Positions 1 to 8,626 of a DNA stretch of 47,052 nt are shown here, piece after piece. Below the pieces are notes generated by a model. The model was not told the DNA's origin. It was given only the letters and a program-made list of their open reading frames with translations, and did no database searches. Position 1 is the stretch's first letter; the number at the start of each line of letters is the position of its first letter. The position numbers were made by a program, and so were the translations under genes. Origin of the DNA: an uncultured Rhodoferax sp. (lineage in GTDB: Bacteria; Pseudomonadota; Gammaproteobacteria; Burkholderiales; Burkholderiaceae_C); the NCBI GenBank assembly GCA_964654655.1, contig CAZZLB010000001.1:1-47052 (forward strand), written 5' to 3'.

Positions 1-2201
1 CGCCCGCGCTGATTCTGTGGCTCGCCACGCATCAGGCTTCGCGCTGCATTCACCCCTGCGGATAAGGTCGCCAACCCCTCGTCGGCCTGACCCGCATGCA
101 GCAGGGCATAGCCGAGCAGCGAACGTGCCGCGGTGCTGAAACGCCCCACCTCCTGATCCTGGGACTCGCGCGCGAGCAGATCCGCAACAATTTGGGCATT
201 TCGACGCGCTGCAGCAACCCCTTCTTCGAGCTGTCCAGCCATCAGGGACAGGCGCGCAAAGCGTGCCACGGCGCTGCTCAGCACCAGCGCATTGCCCACG
301 CGGTCCGGCTCAGCCGCCAGCAGCGCTTGTGCGCAGGCGCTTGCCCTGCGCGCCGCTTCAATGGCGTCGGCAAGCCGCCCCAGACTGGGCAGCTCGCTGG
401 CCGAATACAGCAGATCCACCCGCTGCACCTGGAGTTTGCATGCCAGACTGCGCGCCTTCATGTCCCCGGCGTTGAGCTTCAGGGCATGCTCAACCATTCC
501 AGAGCCGCGTTCTATGCTTTGCAGGGCAGCATTGACCTCCCCGCGATGGAGCAGCAGCATCGCCTGACTGCGTCGCACCGCCGCCCCCCGAAACAGCCAA
601 GCCGGGTCGTCACGGCCCGCAGCCGCGACCCGCTCCAGCACTGCGAGCGCCTGTGCATAGCGCGCCAGAGCACTATCCTGGCGTCCCATGTTGTCGACTC
701 CGACATTCCCTTCGACGTCGGCCATGCGCCGCAAGGCATCCACCAGATCCATTGACTCAGCCAATGTCAAGTCCGTTCGCCGGGCACGCTGTGCCAGGTA
801 GTCGGCAACTGCCTTGACCAAGGCTTCGCGCCCCGGCGTCAGGCCGCGGGTCAGCGCGTCATTGACATCGAAAATCATGGTGCGCGCCAACGAATGCACC
901 GCGTCCAGATGCTGCTGGGCTGCCTGGCGGGCGTGCTCCGCCAGCCTTGCCTGCCACAGCGCGATGCCAGTGGTGACCGAGACTGCAAGCAAGGCGCTAC
1001 CCAAGGCGGCCACGCCCCAGCGATGGCGCGACAGGAATTTGCCCATCACGTAGCGCAGGGTCGGTTCGCGGGCACTGACCGGATGGCCATCAAGATAAGC
1101 ACGCAGGTCAGCAGCCAGCGCGTCCACGCTGGTGTAGCGACGCCGTGCGGACTTCTCCAGCGTCTTGAGCAGTATGTGGTCCAGATCGCCGCTGAGATGC
1201 TTGCGGTGTTTGAGCCAGTGCGGATCGCTGCTGATGCCGTCGGGCAAACTGCTCGGGCGCGTGGGAGTCTCATCCAGCACGCTGAGTGCCGCCTGGGCCG
1301 GAGTGCTTGCGTCGCGCCCGGTCGGGCGCACGCCGGTCAGCAGTTGGTACAGCAGCACACCCAGGCTGTAGATGTCGGTGGCCGTACCGACTGGCTCGCC
1401 ACGCACCTGCTCCGGGCTGGCGTAGTTGGGGGTGAAGGGCAGCGTTCGGTCATTGGCCAATTCAGCCGCGCCCGTATTGCTGGCGTCAGCGGGATCAAGC
1501 GCCATGACAATGCCAAAATCAAGCAGCTTGACCTGGCCTTCAACGGTCACCAACACATTGCCGGGCTTGAGGTCGCCGTGTACCAGAAGATTCTGGTGCG
1601 CGTGCGAAACGGCTTGCGTCAGTTGCAAAAACAGGTTTAGCCTTTGCGTCAGGTTCAGACCCAGCACGGCCTGATCAATCGGCGTGCCGTCGACAAACTC
1701 CATGACGAAGTAGGGCAAGCCGTCGGATGACAGGCCAGCGTCGAGCAGCGTGGCGATATGCGGGTGGTGCATGCGCGCCAAGGCCTGGCGCTCCTGGGCA
1801 AAACGCTGCAGGACCGCGGCGCTGGTCATGCCGGGCTTGAGCAGCTTGACCGCAGCCCGGCCCTGGTAACTGCCGTCAGCGCGGTGCGCTTCGAAGACAT
1901 CGCCCATGCCACCAGAACCCAGCGATCTGACGATTTGCCAGGGACCAAGTTGCTCACCGATGCGCTCTGGCGCGCCCAGCACCGTGAGCGCGGCCGGATG
2001 GCTCAGAAAGCCCGCGTTCTGCTGGTCAGTCTGGTCGGGGTCATGCGCTAGCAAAGACCTGATTTCGGCTCGAATCGACTCATCAACTTCTGCCGCCGCA
2101 ATAAAGGGCTCGCGCTCGGCGTCCGGCAGTTCGACCGCCTGCCCGTAGAGGCGCTTGACGACGGCCCAGGTGTAGTATGTGTTTGCGTGGCTCGAAGACA
2201 T
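1..2201 (-). CDS. Membrane-anchored Ser/Thr protein kinase (Hanks type) with C-terminal helical/TPR-like region; 3' end lies outside the window
   Basis: Manual translation from ATG at 2201 gives LGSGGMGDVF (Gly loop), AAVKLL, FAQERQALARMHHPHIATLLDAG, YFVMEFV, HGDLKPGN, KLLDFG, FTPNYASPEQ, DIYSLGV and GDLDHILLK. A TM segment WGVAALGSALLAVSVTTGIALW follows (~955-1020). Absent from the ORF track, consistent with no in-window stop; I translated by hand only down to ~900. Confidence 0.93.
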   Translation of the reverse strand, partial: MSSSHANTYYTWAVVKRLYGQAVELPDAEREPFIAAAEVDESIRAEIRSLLAHDPDQTDQQNAGFLSHPAALTVLGAPERIGEQLGPWQIVRSLGSGGMGDVFEAHRADGSYQGRAAVKLLKPGMTSAAVLQRFAQERQALARMHHPHIATLLDAGLSSDGLPYFVMEFVDGTPIDQAVLGLNLTQRLNLFLQLTQAVSHAHQNLLVHGDLKPGNVLVTVEGQVKLLDFGIVMALDPADASNTGAAELANDRTLPFTPNYASPEQVRGEPVGTATDIYSLGVLLYQLLTGVRPTGRDASTPAQAALSVLDETPTRPSSLPDGISSDPHWLKHRKHLSGDLDHILLKTLEKSARRRYTSVDALAADLRAYLDGHPVSAREPTLRYVMGKFLSRHRWGVAALGSALLAVSVTTGIALWQARLAEHARQAAQQHLDAVHSLARTMIFDVNDALTRGLTPGREALVKAVADYLAQRARRTDLTLAESMDLVDALRRMADVEGNVGVDNMGRQDSALARYAQALAVLERVAAAGRDDPAWLFRGAAVRRSQAMLLLHRGEVNAALQSIERGSGMVEHALKLNAGDMKARSLACKLQVQRVDLLYSASELPSLGRLADAIEAARRASACAQALLAAEPDRVGNALVLSSAVARFARLSLMAGQLEEGVAAARRNAQIVADLLARESQDQEVGRFSTAARSLLGYALLHAGQADEGLATLSAGVNAARSLMRGEPQNQRG

Positions 2202-2396
2202 GAAAAGTAGTGTGACAGCAAAAGAGTCTAGCGGATGCATCCGACGAGCAGCCCGCTTGCCTGGCCCGCGCGACAAGCTTTCCCTGGCTTACGGAGATTT
2301 CTCCTGCGCAAAGGCTCATTCTGCGTCAACAATTTTGCACCCAGACCGTCCCAAGCTGGCCGCAAGCCGGCTTGTCAGGCGTGGTATCTTCGCCAT

Positions 2397-2984
2397 ATGC
2401 AGGACAGACCGCAGGAAATCACCCATTGGCTCAATGCCCTGGAAGCGGGAGACGAGCCGCATGCCGGCAGTGTCGGCAATGCCCTGTTTACCTGGCTATA
2501 CGACGACTTGTACCGGGTTGCGCGCAACCATATGCGCAAGGAGTCCGAGGGGCATACGCTGAGCGCCACGGCTCTGACGCATGAATCGTGGTTCCGCATG
2601 AACGAGCAGACCCGGACCCAGTGGGCCAGCCGCGCGCACTTTCTGGCGGTGGCTTCGACCGTGATGCGGCGCATCCTGGTCCACCACGCGCAAGCCAAGC
2701 GTGCCAATAAACGCGACGCCGTTCTGGAATCCCTGACGCTGGCCGAGAACCTTCCGTTGGCTTCGCAGGGCACCGATGTGGTTGCCGTTCACGAAGCCCT
2801 GCTGGCCTTCGAGCAGGTGGACGCGCGCGCCGCCCGCGTGGTCGAACTCAAATTCTTCGGCGGCATGGAGAATACCGAGATCGCCGAAGCACTGGACATT
2901 TCGGTGGCGACCGTGAAGCGCGAATGGAGTCTGGCGCGCGCCTGGTTGTTGCGTGAGCTCAGCAACGACTGTGACAAGGCCTGA
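2397..2984 (+). CDS. ECF-type RNA polymerase sigma factor, kinase-associated type (TIGR02999/ECF43-like)
   Basis: EITHWL...LYDDLYRVARNHMRKE..HTLSATALTHE...RAHFLAVASTVMRRILV...VVELKFFGGM..TEIAEALDISVATVKREW. Start placed at ATG 2397 rather than 2235. Divergent from the kinase. Confidence 0.92.
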   Translation: MQDRPQEITHWLNALEAGDEPHAGSVGNALFTWLYDDLYRVARNHMRKESEGHTLSATALTHESWFRMNEQTRTQWASRAHFLAVASTVMRRILVHHAQAKRANKRDAVLESLTLAENLPLASQGTDVVAVHEALLAFEQVDARAARVVELKFFGGMENTEIAEALDISVATVKREWSLARAWLLRELSNDCDKA

Positions 2985-3029
2985 CAAGCGTTTTCTCTGT
3001 TAGGGCACCGGAAACAGCTTAGCGGCCAA

Positions 3030-4559
3030 TTAGGGCTGACTCTGCTTGAGAGCCCTCTCGCGTAACCACAGCGCATAGCTCTGCGGAAAAGCCGCCTGGT
3101 AGCGCGCCTGGTAGAACAAAGCCTCGTCCTTGCGCCCCAGCAGGTTGGCGCTGTCGATCAGCTTTTCAATCACGCGTCCCTCTGGCGAAAAGTGCAGAAG
3201 CTTCTCCGCCAGATCATGCAGATAGGCAGCGTTCTCAGGTGTCAGTTCGGACATCGTGAGTTCGGCAAAACGGACCTGATCACGATACAGCCGGGAATCA
3301 CGAATTTTCTCCAGTGTGTTGTCGCGATAGGCCGCATCACGGTAAGGCGCGGCGAGGTAAATCTGGCTGACCCGACGATAGTCCCAGCCGGCGTAGGCCA
3401 CGGCCAGTGCCAGCAACACGGCCAGCGCGCCTGGCAGAAACGAAAGGCGACCTGACACTCCAGTTGTTCGACCTGGGGTGCGCCACAGCAGCCAGATACA
3501 CAGGCCAAAGGCCATCTGGAACGGGCCATACCAGAGCGGGTACTCCAGCATGCTGTGCAGCAGGATCAACGCCAGCACAGCCCATGCCATTTGCCGCGTG
3601 GCGTCAGTCTCGCGCCAGGGTCGGGCGCGCCACAACAGCCAGACAGCGACGGCGCAAACCGTCAGTGACAGCGGCACACCGAGTTCCACCGCCAGGTGCA
3701 GCGGCAGATTGTGGGCGTTGTCCAGAATGTCGCAAAAACGCTCCCCCGGATACAGCGTGACGAAATGGGCGTAGTCGAGTTCGCCCCAGCCCCAACCAAG
3801 CCAGGGCTCTTGCGCAATCAGGTGCAGCACGTTGGACCACAGGGTAATGCGACTGGTGCATGGGGTGGCGCCCTCATGCAAGCGCCCGAGAATGCCACTG
3901 GACTGCGCGTCAAGTCCGCCCAGGGCCGGCAAGGCAAATGCCGCCACCGCATACGCCACGATAGCTGTCAACAAAACAGGCCAGGCAACAGATTGCGATC
4001 CTTTTGCAGCAAGCCTGCTCCAGACCAGGTGCAGTGCCAGCAGCAATAGCAATTGCACCATGCCGGTACGGGACGCTGAGGCTGCGTTGCCCAGAGCCAG
4101 CAGGATCGCCGCGAGCAGGCTTGCCGCCCTGCCATCGGCGTCGCTGGTGCGGTGCGCCATGGCAACACCTTCGGCGTGGCGGTAAGCGTTGAACCAGAGC
4201 AATGCCGCCAGACCCATGTTGGTCAGTGTCGCAAACTGGTTGCGCTGGCGCAGGTTGGCAAAGGCTTCACCGACCTCGGTGCTGTTGACCCAGGGGGCCA
4301 ATACTGATGCGACGCCAAAGTACTGCAGCAGGCCGATAGCCGCACTGATCAACGCAGCGGCCAGCCAGGCCGTAGCCGCAGCGCGGTCCAGCCACACTGG
4401 CGCGGTCCATAACAGAATCGGCGTCAGACATCCCAGCGTCAGCAACCACGGAACAACGATTGACGACGGCCCGGGAGAAAACGGATTGAGCCACGGCAGC
4501 GCGACAAAAAGGGAAACAGCGATAAAGTTCATAAAGTGACCAAAATTCTCCCTGCGCAT
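3030..4559 (-). CDS. pglL: PglL-family O-oligosaccharyltransferase (O-antigen ligase-like, Wzy_C)
   Basis: Multi-TM protein with GEAFANLRQRNQFAT, SRTG, GWGWGEL, NAHNLPLHLAVELG and HSMLEYPLWY, motifs typical of PglL-type O-OTases. Confidence 0.85.
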   Translation of the reverse strand: MRRENFGHFMNFIAVSLFVALPWLNPFSPGPSSIVVPWLLTLGCLTPILLWTAPVWLDRAAATAWLAAALISAAIGLLQYFGVASVLAPWVNSTEVGEAFANLRQRNQFATLTNMGLAALLWFNAYRHAEGVAMAHRTSDADGRAASLLAAILLALGNAASASRTGMVQLLLLLALHLVWSRLAAKGSQSVAWPVLLTAIVAYAVAAFALPALGGLDAQSSGILGRLHEGATPCTSRITLWSNVLHLIAQEPWLGWGWGELDYAHFVTLYPGERFCDILDNAHNLPLHLAVELGVPLSLTVCAVAVWLLWRARPWRETDATRQMAWAVLALILLHSMLEYPLWYGPFQMAFGLCIWLLWRTPGRTTGVSGRLSFLPGALAVLLALAVAYAGWDYRRVSQIYLAAPYRDAAYRDNTLEKIRDSRLYRDQVRFAELTMSELTPENAAYLHDLAEKLLHFSPEGRVIEKLIDSANLLGRKDEALFYQARYQAAFPQSYALWLRERALKQSQP

Positions 4560-4656
4560 TATTGTTGGACAATACCCACAAAGTTCTTCCTCCCTGCAGA
4601 ATTGGAGGGGTATGGCGTTTCATTCGTTATGATTGACTTTTACACTGGTAACCGCA

Positions 4657-5127
4657 ATGAAAACTGACAATCTAGAAGACTATTTCAGAGGACAACAAGT
4701 ATCCCTGCAATGGCTGCCCATCTTGCGCGCCCTGGCCTTTGAAATGTCGGCCAATGCAGAAACCACGGAACTAAGACAGTTGTTCTTCAAGATCGGTGAG
4801 CATTTCGCCAATGATACGGAAGATCGTTTCCAGTCTGTACAAACCCTCGCTCAACTTGAAGAGCAGCTTAATGAATTTTGGTCACAGATCAACTGGGGTT
4901 GGGTCGATTTGAAGGAAGTCAAAGCCTATATTGAAATTTCTCATCAGGCGGCACCCCTGGCAGAGGCGTTCGGTGACGATGCACTCCAATGGAGCGTGGG
5001 CTTGTTGGAGGGCTTTTACCAAAGTGTATTCAAAGTACTTGGGGCCAGTGAAACCATGGTTGTGCAAGGTATCGGAGAGTCATCCAACGGCATGGACATT
5101 CGTCTGCGTTTTGGACGACCAGACTAA
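4657..5127 (+). CDS. bcsD: Cellulose biosynthesis protein BcsD
   Basis: QWLPILRAL..E, IGEHFA, LNEFWSQINWGWV, ISHQAAPL and LLEGFY pattern. ~156 aa from ATG 4657. First gene of the bcs run. Confidence 0.88.
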   Translation: MKTDNLEDYFRGQQVSLQWLPILRALAFEMSANAETTELRQLFFKIGEHFANDTEDRFQSVQTLAQLEEQLNEFWSQINWGWVDLKEVKAYIEISHQAAPLAEAFGDDALQWSVGLLEGFYQSVFKVLGASETMVVQGIGESSNGMDIRLRFGRPD

Positions 5128-5151
5128 TTACAGGATTGAAGGAGCAAAGGC

Positions 5152-5733
5152 ATGGCCAAGACGGGAGGGAGTCCCTCGACGTTGTTCCGGTCACTTAAAC
5201 CGGACGAAGAATCTGTTCAGGTCAGCGCCAGCGCGGCCGCGCGGGAGGCAGAACAGAGATGGCCGCTGTTCAAGGCTGTATCACCCCGGAAGCAGGAGCC
5301 CACACCGGTGCTTTCACCGCAGGAGCGAGTGCTCTGGGGCAAGCAGGAACGCCCCAATGGCCAGGCGCGCAAGCCGGCTTTGTCGGTGCCCGGCGTCAGC
5401 AACAAACTGGCGGCAAGTTTGAACCGGATGGGTGGCCGCGCTGCACAGGGTGCTGTTGCCAGTGCGCCTTTGCGGGCTGAGCGGGAGAGTCCATTGCAGG
5501 ATTCAATGCGCGGCGCTACGAAATTTGCGGCGGAACCGACAGCAGGTGGTCGCGGACTGCCGTTTTCAAAGGCCCATGCATCGGAACCAGTGGAAGAAGC
5601 CGAGATGACTGGTGCGATTGACTCAGACGATTCTCTGGCGAACTTGTTCAGCCGACTTGAGGGCAAAGAGCAGTCAGTGGGCAAACCCGCCGGCAAACGG
5701 CCTTCGTTCCTGGGACGACTAGGCCGGCGATGA
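5152..5733 (+). CDS. bcsP: BcsP/BcsR-like cellulose scaffold protein
   Basis: Low-complexity protein with AREAEQRWPLF and C-terminal SLANLFSRLEG/SFLGRL. Lies between bcsD and bcsQ. RBS GAAGGAG upstream. Confidence 0.7.
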   Translation: MAKTGGSPSTLFRSLKPDEESVQVSASAAAREAEQRWPLFKAVSPRKQEPTPVLSPQERVLWGKQERPNGQARKPALSVPGVSNKLAASLNRMGGRAAQGAVASAPLRAERESPLQDSMRGATKFAAEPTAGGRGLPFSKAHASEPVEEAEMTGAIDSDDSLANLFSRLEGKEQSVGKPAGKRPSFLGRLGRR

Positions 5734-6494
5734 GTGTTGTTGGCGTTGTTTCAATGAAAGGTGGCGTCGGCAAGACGTCTGTCACCGCCAATCTTGCGAC
5801 TGCCCTGGCACAAAAACTGGGTTCCGGCCGCGTGTCTGCCATCGACCTTGACCCGCAAAATGCGCTGCACTGGCACTTTGGAATTCACGATCCAGAGACT
5901 GAAGGTGTATGCAAACAGTCTCTGAAGGGCGAAAGTTGGACTGGCATAGCGCTGGCCAGCGATTTTGATGTAACCTGTCTGCCCTATGGTGGCGCAAGTG
6001 AACCCGAACGGGAGGCTTTTGAGGCCCTGCTTTCGAGTAAGTCGCATTGGCTCGGGGATCAAATCGAGCAGGCCGGACTGAGCGAGGACCGGGTAGTGTT
6101 GATTGACACGCCACCGGGCTCCACGGTGTATCTGAGGCAGGTGTTCGCCTGTGCTGACGTGATACTGATCGTGTTGCTGGCGGACGCTGGATCCTATGCG
6201 ACGATACCGGCGATGGAATCCTGGCTCGACGAGATGTCTGCGGCTTTCCCTCGCCTTCAGAGCATTTACCTACTTAACCAGATTGATCGAAGTGATTCAT
6301 TCAACCGTGACGTGGCCGACCTGTTGCAGCGCGACCTCGGGGATCGGCTGGCGCCGCTTGGCATTCACGGTGATGAGGCGGTGAGCGAGGCACTCGCCTT
6401 TCAGCAACCGGTACTGACTTATGACCCTTATGGACAGGCCAGTCATGACATTGCCCGACTCGCGACATGGATGATCGCCACTCTGAACCGATGA
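5730..6494 (+). CDS. bcsQ: Cellulose biosynthesis ATPase BcsQ/YhjQ (MinD/ParA-like), copy 1
   Basis: KGGVGKTS deviant Walker A, IDLDPQNALHWHFG, IDTPPG, DEAVSEALA. ATGA overlaps at both ends. Confidence 0.92.
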   Translation: MSVVGVVSMKGGVGKTSVTANLATALAQKLGSGRVSAIDLDPQNALHWHFGIHDPETEGVCKQSLKGESWTGIALASDFDVTCLPYGGASEPEREAFEALLSSKSHWLGDQIEQAGLSEDRVVLIDTPPGSTVYLRQVFACADVILIVLLADAGSYATIPAMESWLDEMSAAFPRLQSIYLLNQIDRSDSFNRDVADLLQRDLGDRLAPLGIHGDEAVSEALAFQQPVLTYDPYGQASHDIARLATWMIATLNR

Positions 6495-8626
6495 GTCCCC
6501 GCGTGCTGCTAAGTCTCTGGCGGGAACGCTGGGACAAACCTGCAGCAGCAACCCGTTCGACAGCATTTCTGCAAGGCGGATTCGATCGCTGGACGCATTG
6601 GCTGACGTACGGATCGGTCTGGTCTGTGCGGGGTGTCACCATCACAGGCGCTGTGAGCTGTCTGATCCTGGCAACACTGGTTTTGGTTGTGCAGCTCGAC
6701 GTGACCGAGCAGATCATTTTCTCGGTCTTTGTGCTGTGTCTGGCCTTGTACGCTCGCCGCTATGCAGGTCATTTTGCGACGCTGTTGCTATTCGGCTTGA
6801 GTTCAGTCATGTCGGCACGTTATCTGTACTGGCGTTTGACAGCCACACTTGCCCCGGACTTCGATTTGGCATTCTTTGCAGGTTTGTGCCTTTGTCTTGC
6901 CGAACTTCACCTTTGGTTACTGACGATTACAGGCACAATGAAAGACTTGTGGCCGGTCAAGAAAGCGCACGCTGCCTTGCCTGCTGAGTCGGCGGGTTGG
7001 CCGGAGGTCGATATTTTTGTCCTCTGTAGCAACCATTCGTTGCAAACCGTGCAGTCCACGGCAACGGCAGCGCTGAGGCTCAGTTGGCCCAAGCGCATGT
7101 TGAAAATCCATCTTCTGGATGAGACCCTGCGCGATGAGGTCCGGGCATGGGCAGAGTCAATGGCTATCTCCTACCTTTGGCCGACGGAGGGATCGAGCGA
7201 CCGGGCAAGCCGAATAAACCAGGCAGTCAGCAGTTCGGCCGGCCATTTGATCGGCATTTTCGAGTGCGGTTCAAATCCAGGCACTGATTTCCTGAAGATG
7301 ACGCTTGGGTGGTTCTTGCGCGACATGAATCTGGCCATGCTGCAAACGCCAGGGCACTTTCTGGCCCCGCCACCATCATCACGCGTCATGGAGTTATTCA
7401 GCGAGCCGGAATTGGGTATCCCCTGCGCCCTGATTCGCCGATCCATGCTGAGTGAAGTCAATGGGATCCAAGCAGGACCCATATCCAAGCGAAACCACAC
7501 TGCACTCAAGTTGCAGGCGGCTGGCTACAGCACTGGCTATCTTGGCTTTAGCTCCAAGAGTGAAAAGACTGCAACGGACGTGTTTATGGCCTATCGTCCG
7601 TTTGGTGACTACTCACTTCAATGGAAGATGCAGCTTGAGTACTTCCATGACGCACTGGGGTTCTTTCGTCGCCTGCCCCGTCTCGTCTACTTTTTGGCAC
7701 CAGCAGCTTATCTGTTGCTTGATATCCGGCTCATCCACACCTCAGCGGCCCTATTGGGTGCCTACGGCTTGCCGCATCTCATTCATGGCTACATGTCCCA
7801 GGAAAGAAGAAGCAGCGAATACCGCTTCAGTGAATGGACAGAGATCCGTGAGATGCTGCTCGCCTGGTATATCCTGTGCTGGACTACAGTGACGCTGACG
7901 CGAACGGAAATCATCAAATGGAAAAGCCGGCTTGGGTCAGCATCGCCAACCGGACCACGCGCATTCAAGTGGAAAACGCTGGTGCCGTATCTTGTGATTT
8001 TTGCCCTGAATCTGACGGCCGTGACGAGCGGTGTGAACGAGTTGACGAATGCGCCTGATCTGACTGATGAGATGGCTGTCCTGTTTATTGTCTGGGCTCT
8101 TTATCACGTCATGTTTCTCACCGCCATGCTCGCGGTGTATGAAGAAAGCAGACATATTGAATTGCACACGAGATTGCAAAGGCATCTTCCCGCGATGATC
8201 AGATTGCCAAGTGGTCGCACTCTGTCCTGCACCACCGATAACTTTCCAGAGTCTGCGTTGGTCCTCAAGTTGCCAACGGCAGTACCCATGGAGAATGAGA
8301 TGTCGGTGAACATCTCTATCTTCCACAACAATCGTGAGTTCTCGTTCCCGGCGCAAGTGACGCTGACGCGTGATTTGTTCTGGCGAGCCCAAATTGAAGG
8401 GGCTGCACAAAATGTGTACAACTCGCTGGCTGTTGCGGCATACTCGCGTGGGCAGGATTGGCCAAAATGGTTGCCAGCTCGCGATGCCGACCGTCCACTA
8501 CCCAAGTGGTTGGCACCGGCTCTCGCAACGCTGCGCCGTCGGGCCTCCACGCGCTTGACCGATCTTGGGAAATTTGTGAGCAGGCAATTCAATCGTGGCC
8601 GGATGCATATAGGGAAGAAAAAATGA
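6491..8626 (+). CDS. bcsA: BcsA-like cellulose synthase homolog with degenerate catalytic and PilZ motifs (probable pseudoenzyme; intact ORF, 711 aa)
   Basis: Colinear with BcsA: RYLYWR, WPEVDIFV, FLKMTLGWFL, AMLQTP, CALIRR, PRLVYFLAP, LPHLIH, LAWYI and a PilZ-like beta domain. The DDG, HAKAG, DxD, TED, QxxRW, FxVTxK, RxxxR and DxSxxG motifs are all substituted or deleted. ATGA coupling to bcsQ and bcsB. Confidence 0.88.
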   Translation: MSPRVLLSLWRERWDKPAAATRSTAFLQGGFDRWTHWLTYGSVWSVRGVTITGAVSCLILATLVLVVQLDVTEQIIFSVFVLCLALYARRYAGHFATLLLFGLSSVMSARYLYWRLTATLAPDFDLAFFAGLCLCLAELHLWLLTITGTMKDLWPVKKAHAALPAESAGWPEVDIFVLCSNHSLQTVQSTATAALRLSWPKRMLKIHLLDETLRDEVRAWAESMAISYLWPTEGSSDRASRINQAVSSSAGHLIGIFECGSNPGTDFLKMTLGWFLRDMNLAMLQTPGHFLAPPPSSRVMELFSEPELGIPCALIRRSMLSEVNGIQAGPISKRNHTALKLQAAGYSTGYLGFSSKSEKTATDVFMAYRPFGDYSLQWKMQLEYFHDALGFFRRLPRLVYFLAPAAYLLLDIRLIHTSAALLGAYGLPHLIHGYMSQERRSSEYRFSEWTEIREMLLAWYILCWTTVTLTRTEIIKWKSRLGSASPTGPRAFKWKTLVPYLVIFALNLTAVTSGVNELTNAPDLTDEMAVLFIVWALYHVMFLTAMLAVYEESRHIELHTRLQRHLPAMIRLPSGRTLSCTTDNFPESALVLKLPTAVPMENEMSVNISIFHNNREFSFPAQVTLTRDLFWRAQIEGAAQNVYNSLAVAAYSRGQDWPKWLPARDADRPLPKWLAPALATLRRRASTRLTDLGKFVSRQFNRGRMHIGKKK

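Noticed and set aside
96-2148. Several plus-strand ORFs (219 aa, 248 aa and others)
   Set aside because: Antisense to the Ser/Thr kinase, which carries all the conserved motifs on the minus strand.
2985-3029. Possible terminators at convergent junctions (also 32207-32215 and the 44655-44666 overlap)
   Set aside because: Only a weak CTGTT/AACAG stem without a U-tract. The other junctions have no room for a hairpin.
8458-8622. Long N-terminal extensions in the ORF track (bcsB 8458, ECF 2235, GT2 24883, bcsE 37524, TPR 39580)
   Set aside because: They overlap neighbouring genes or lack family similarity. Downstream ATGs give stop/start coupling or proper signal peptides.
6491-8626. Calling the bcsA homolog a pseudogene or a normal active cellulose synthase
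   Set aside because: There is no stop or frameshift and coupling is preserved, so it is not a classical pseudogene. All catalytic motifs are absent, so it is not supportable as active.
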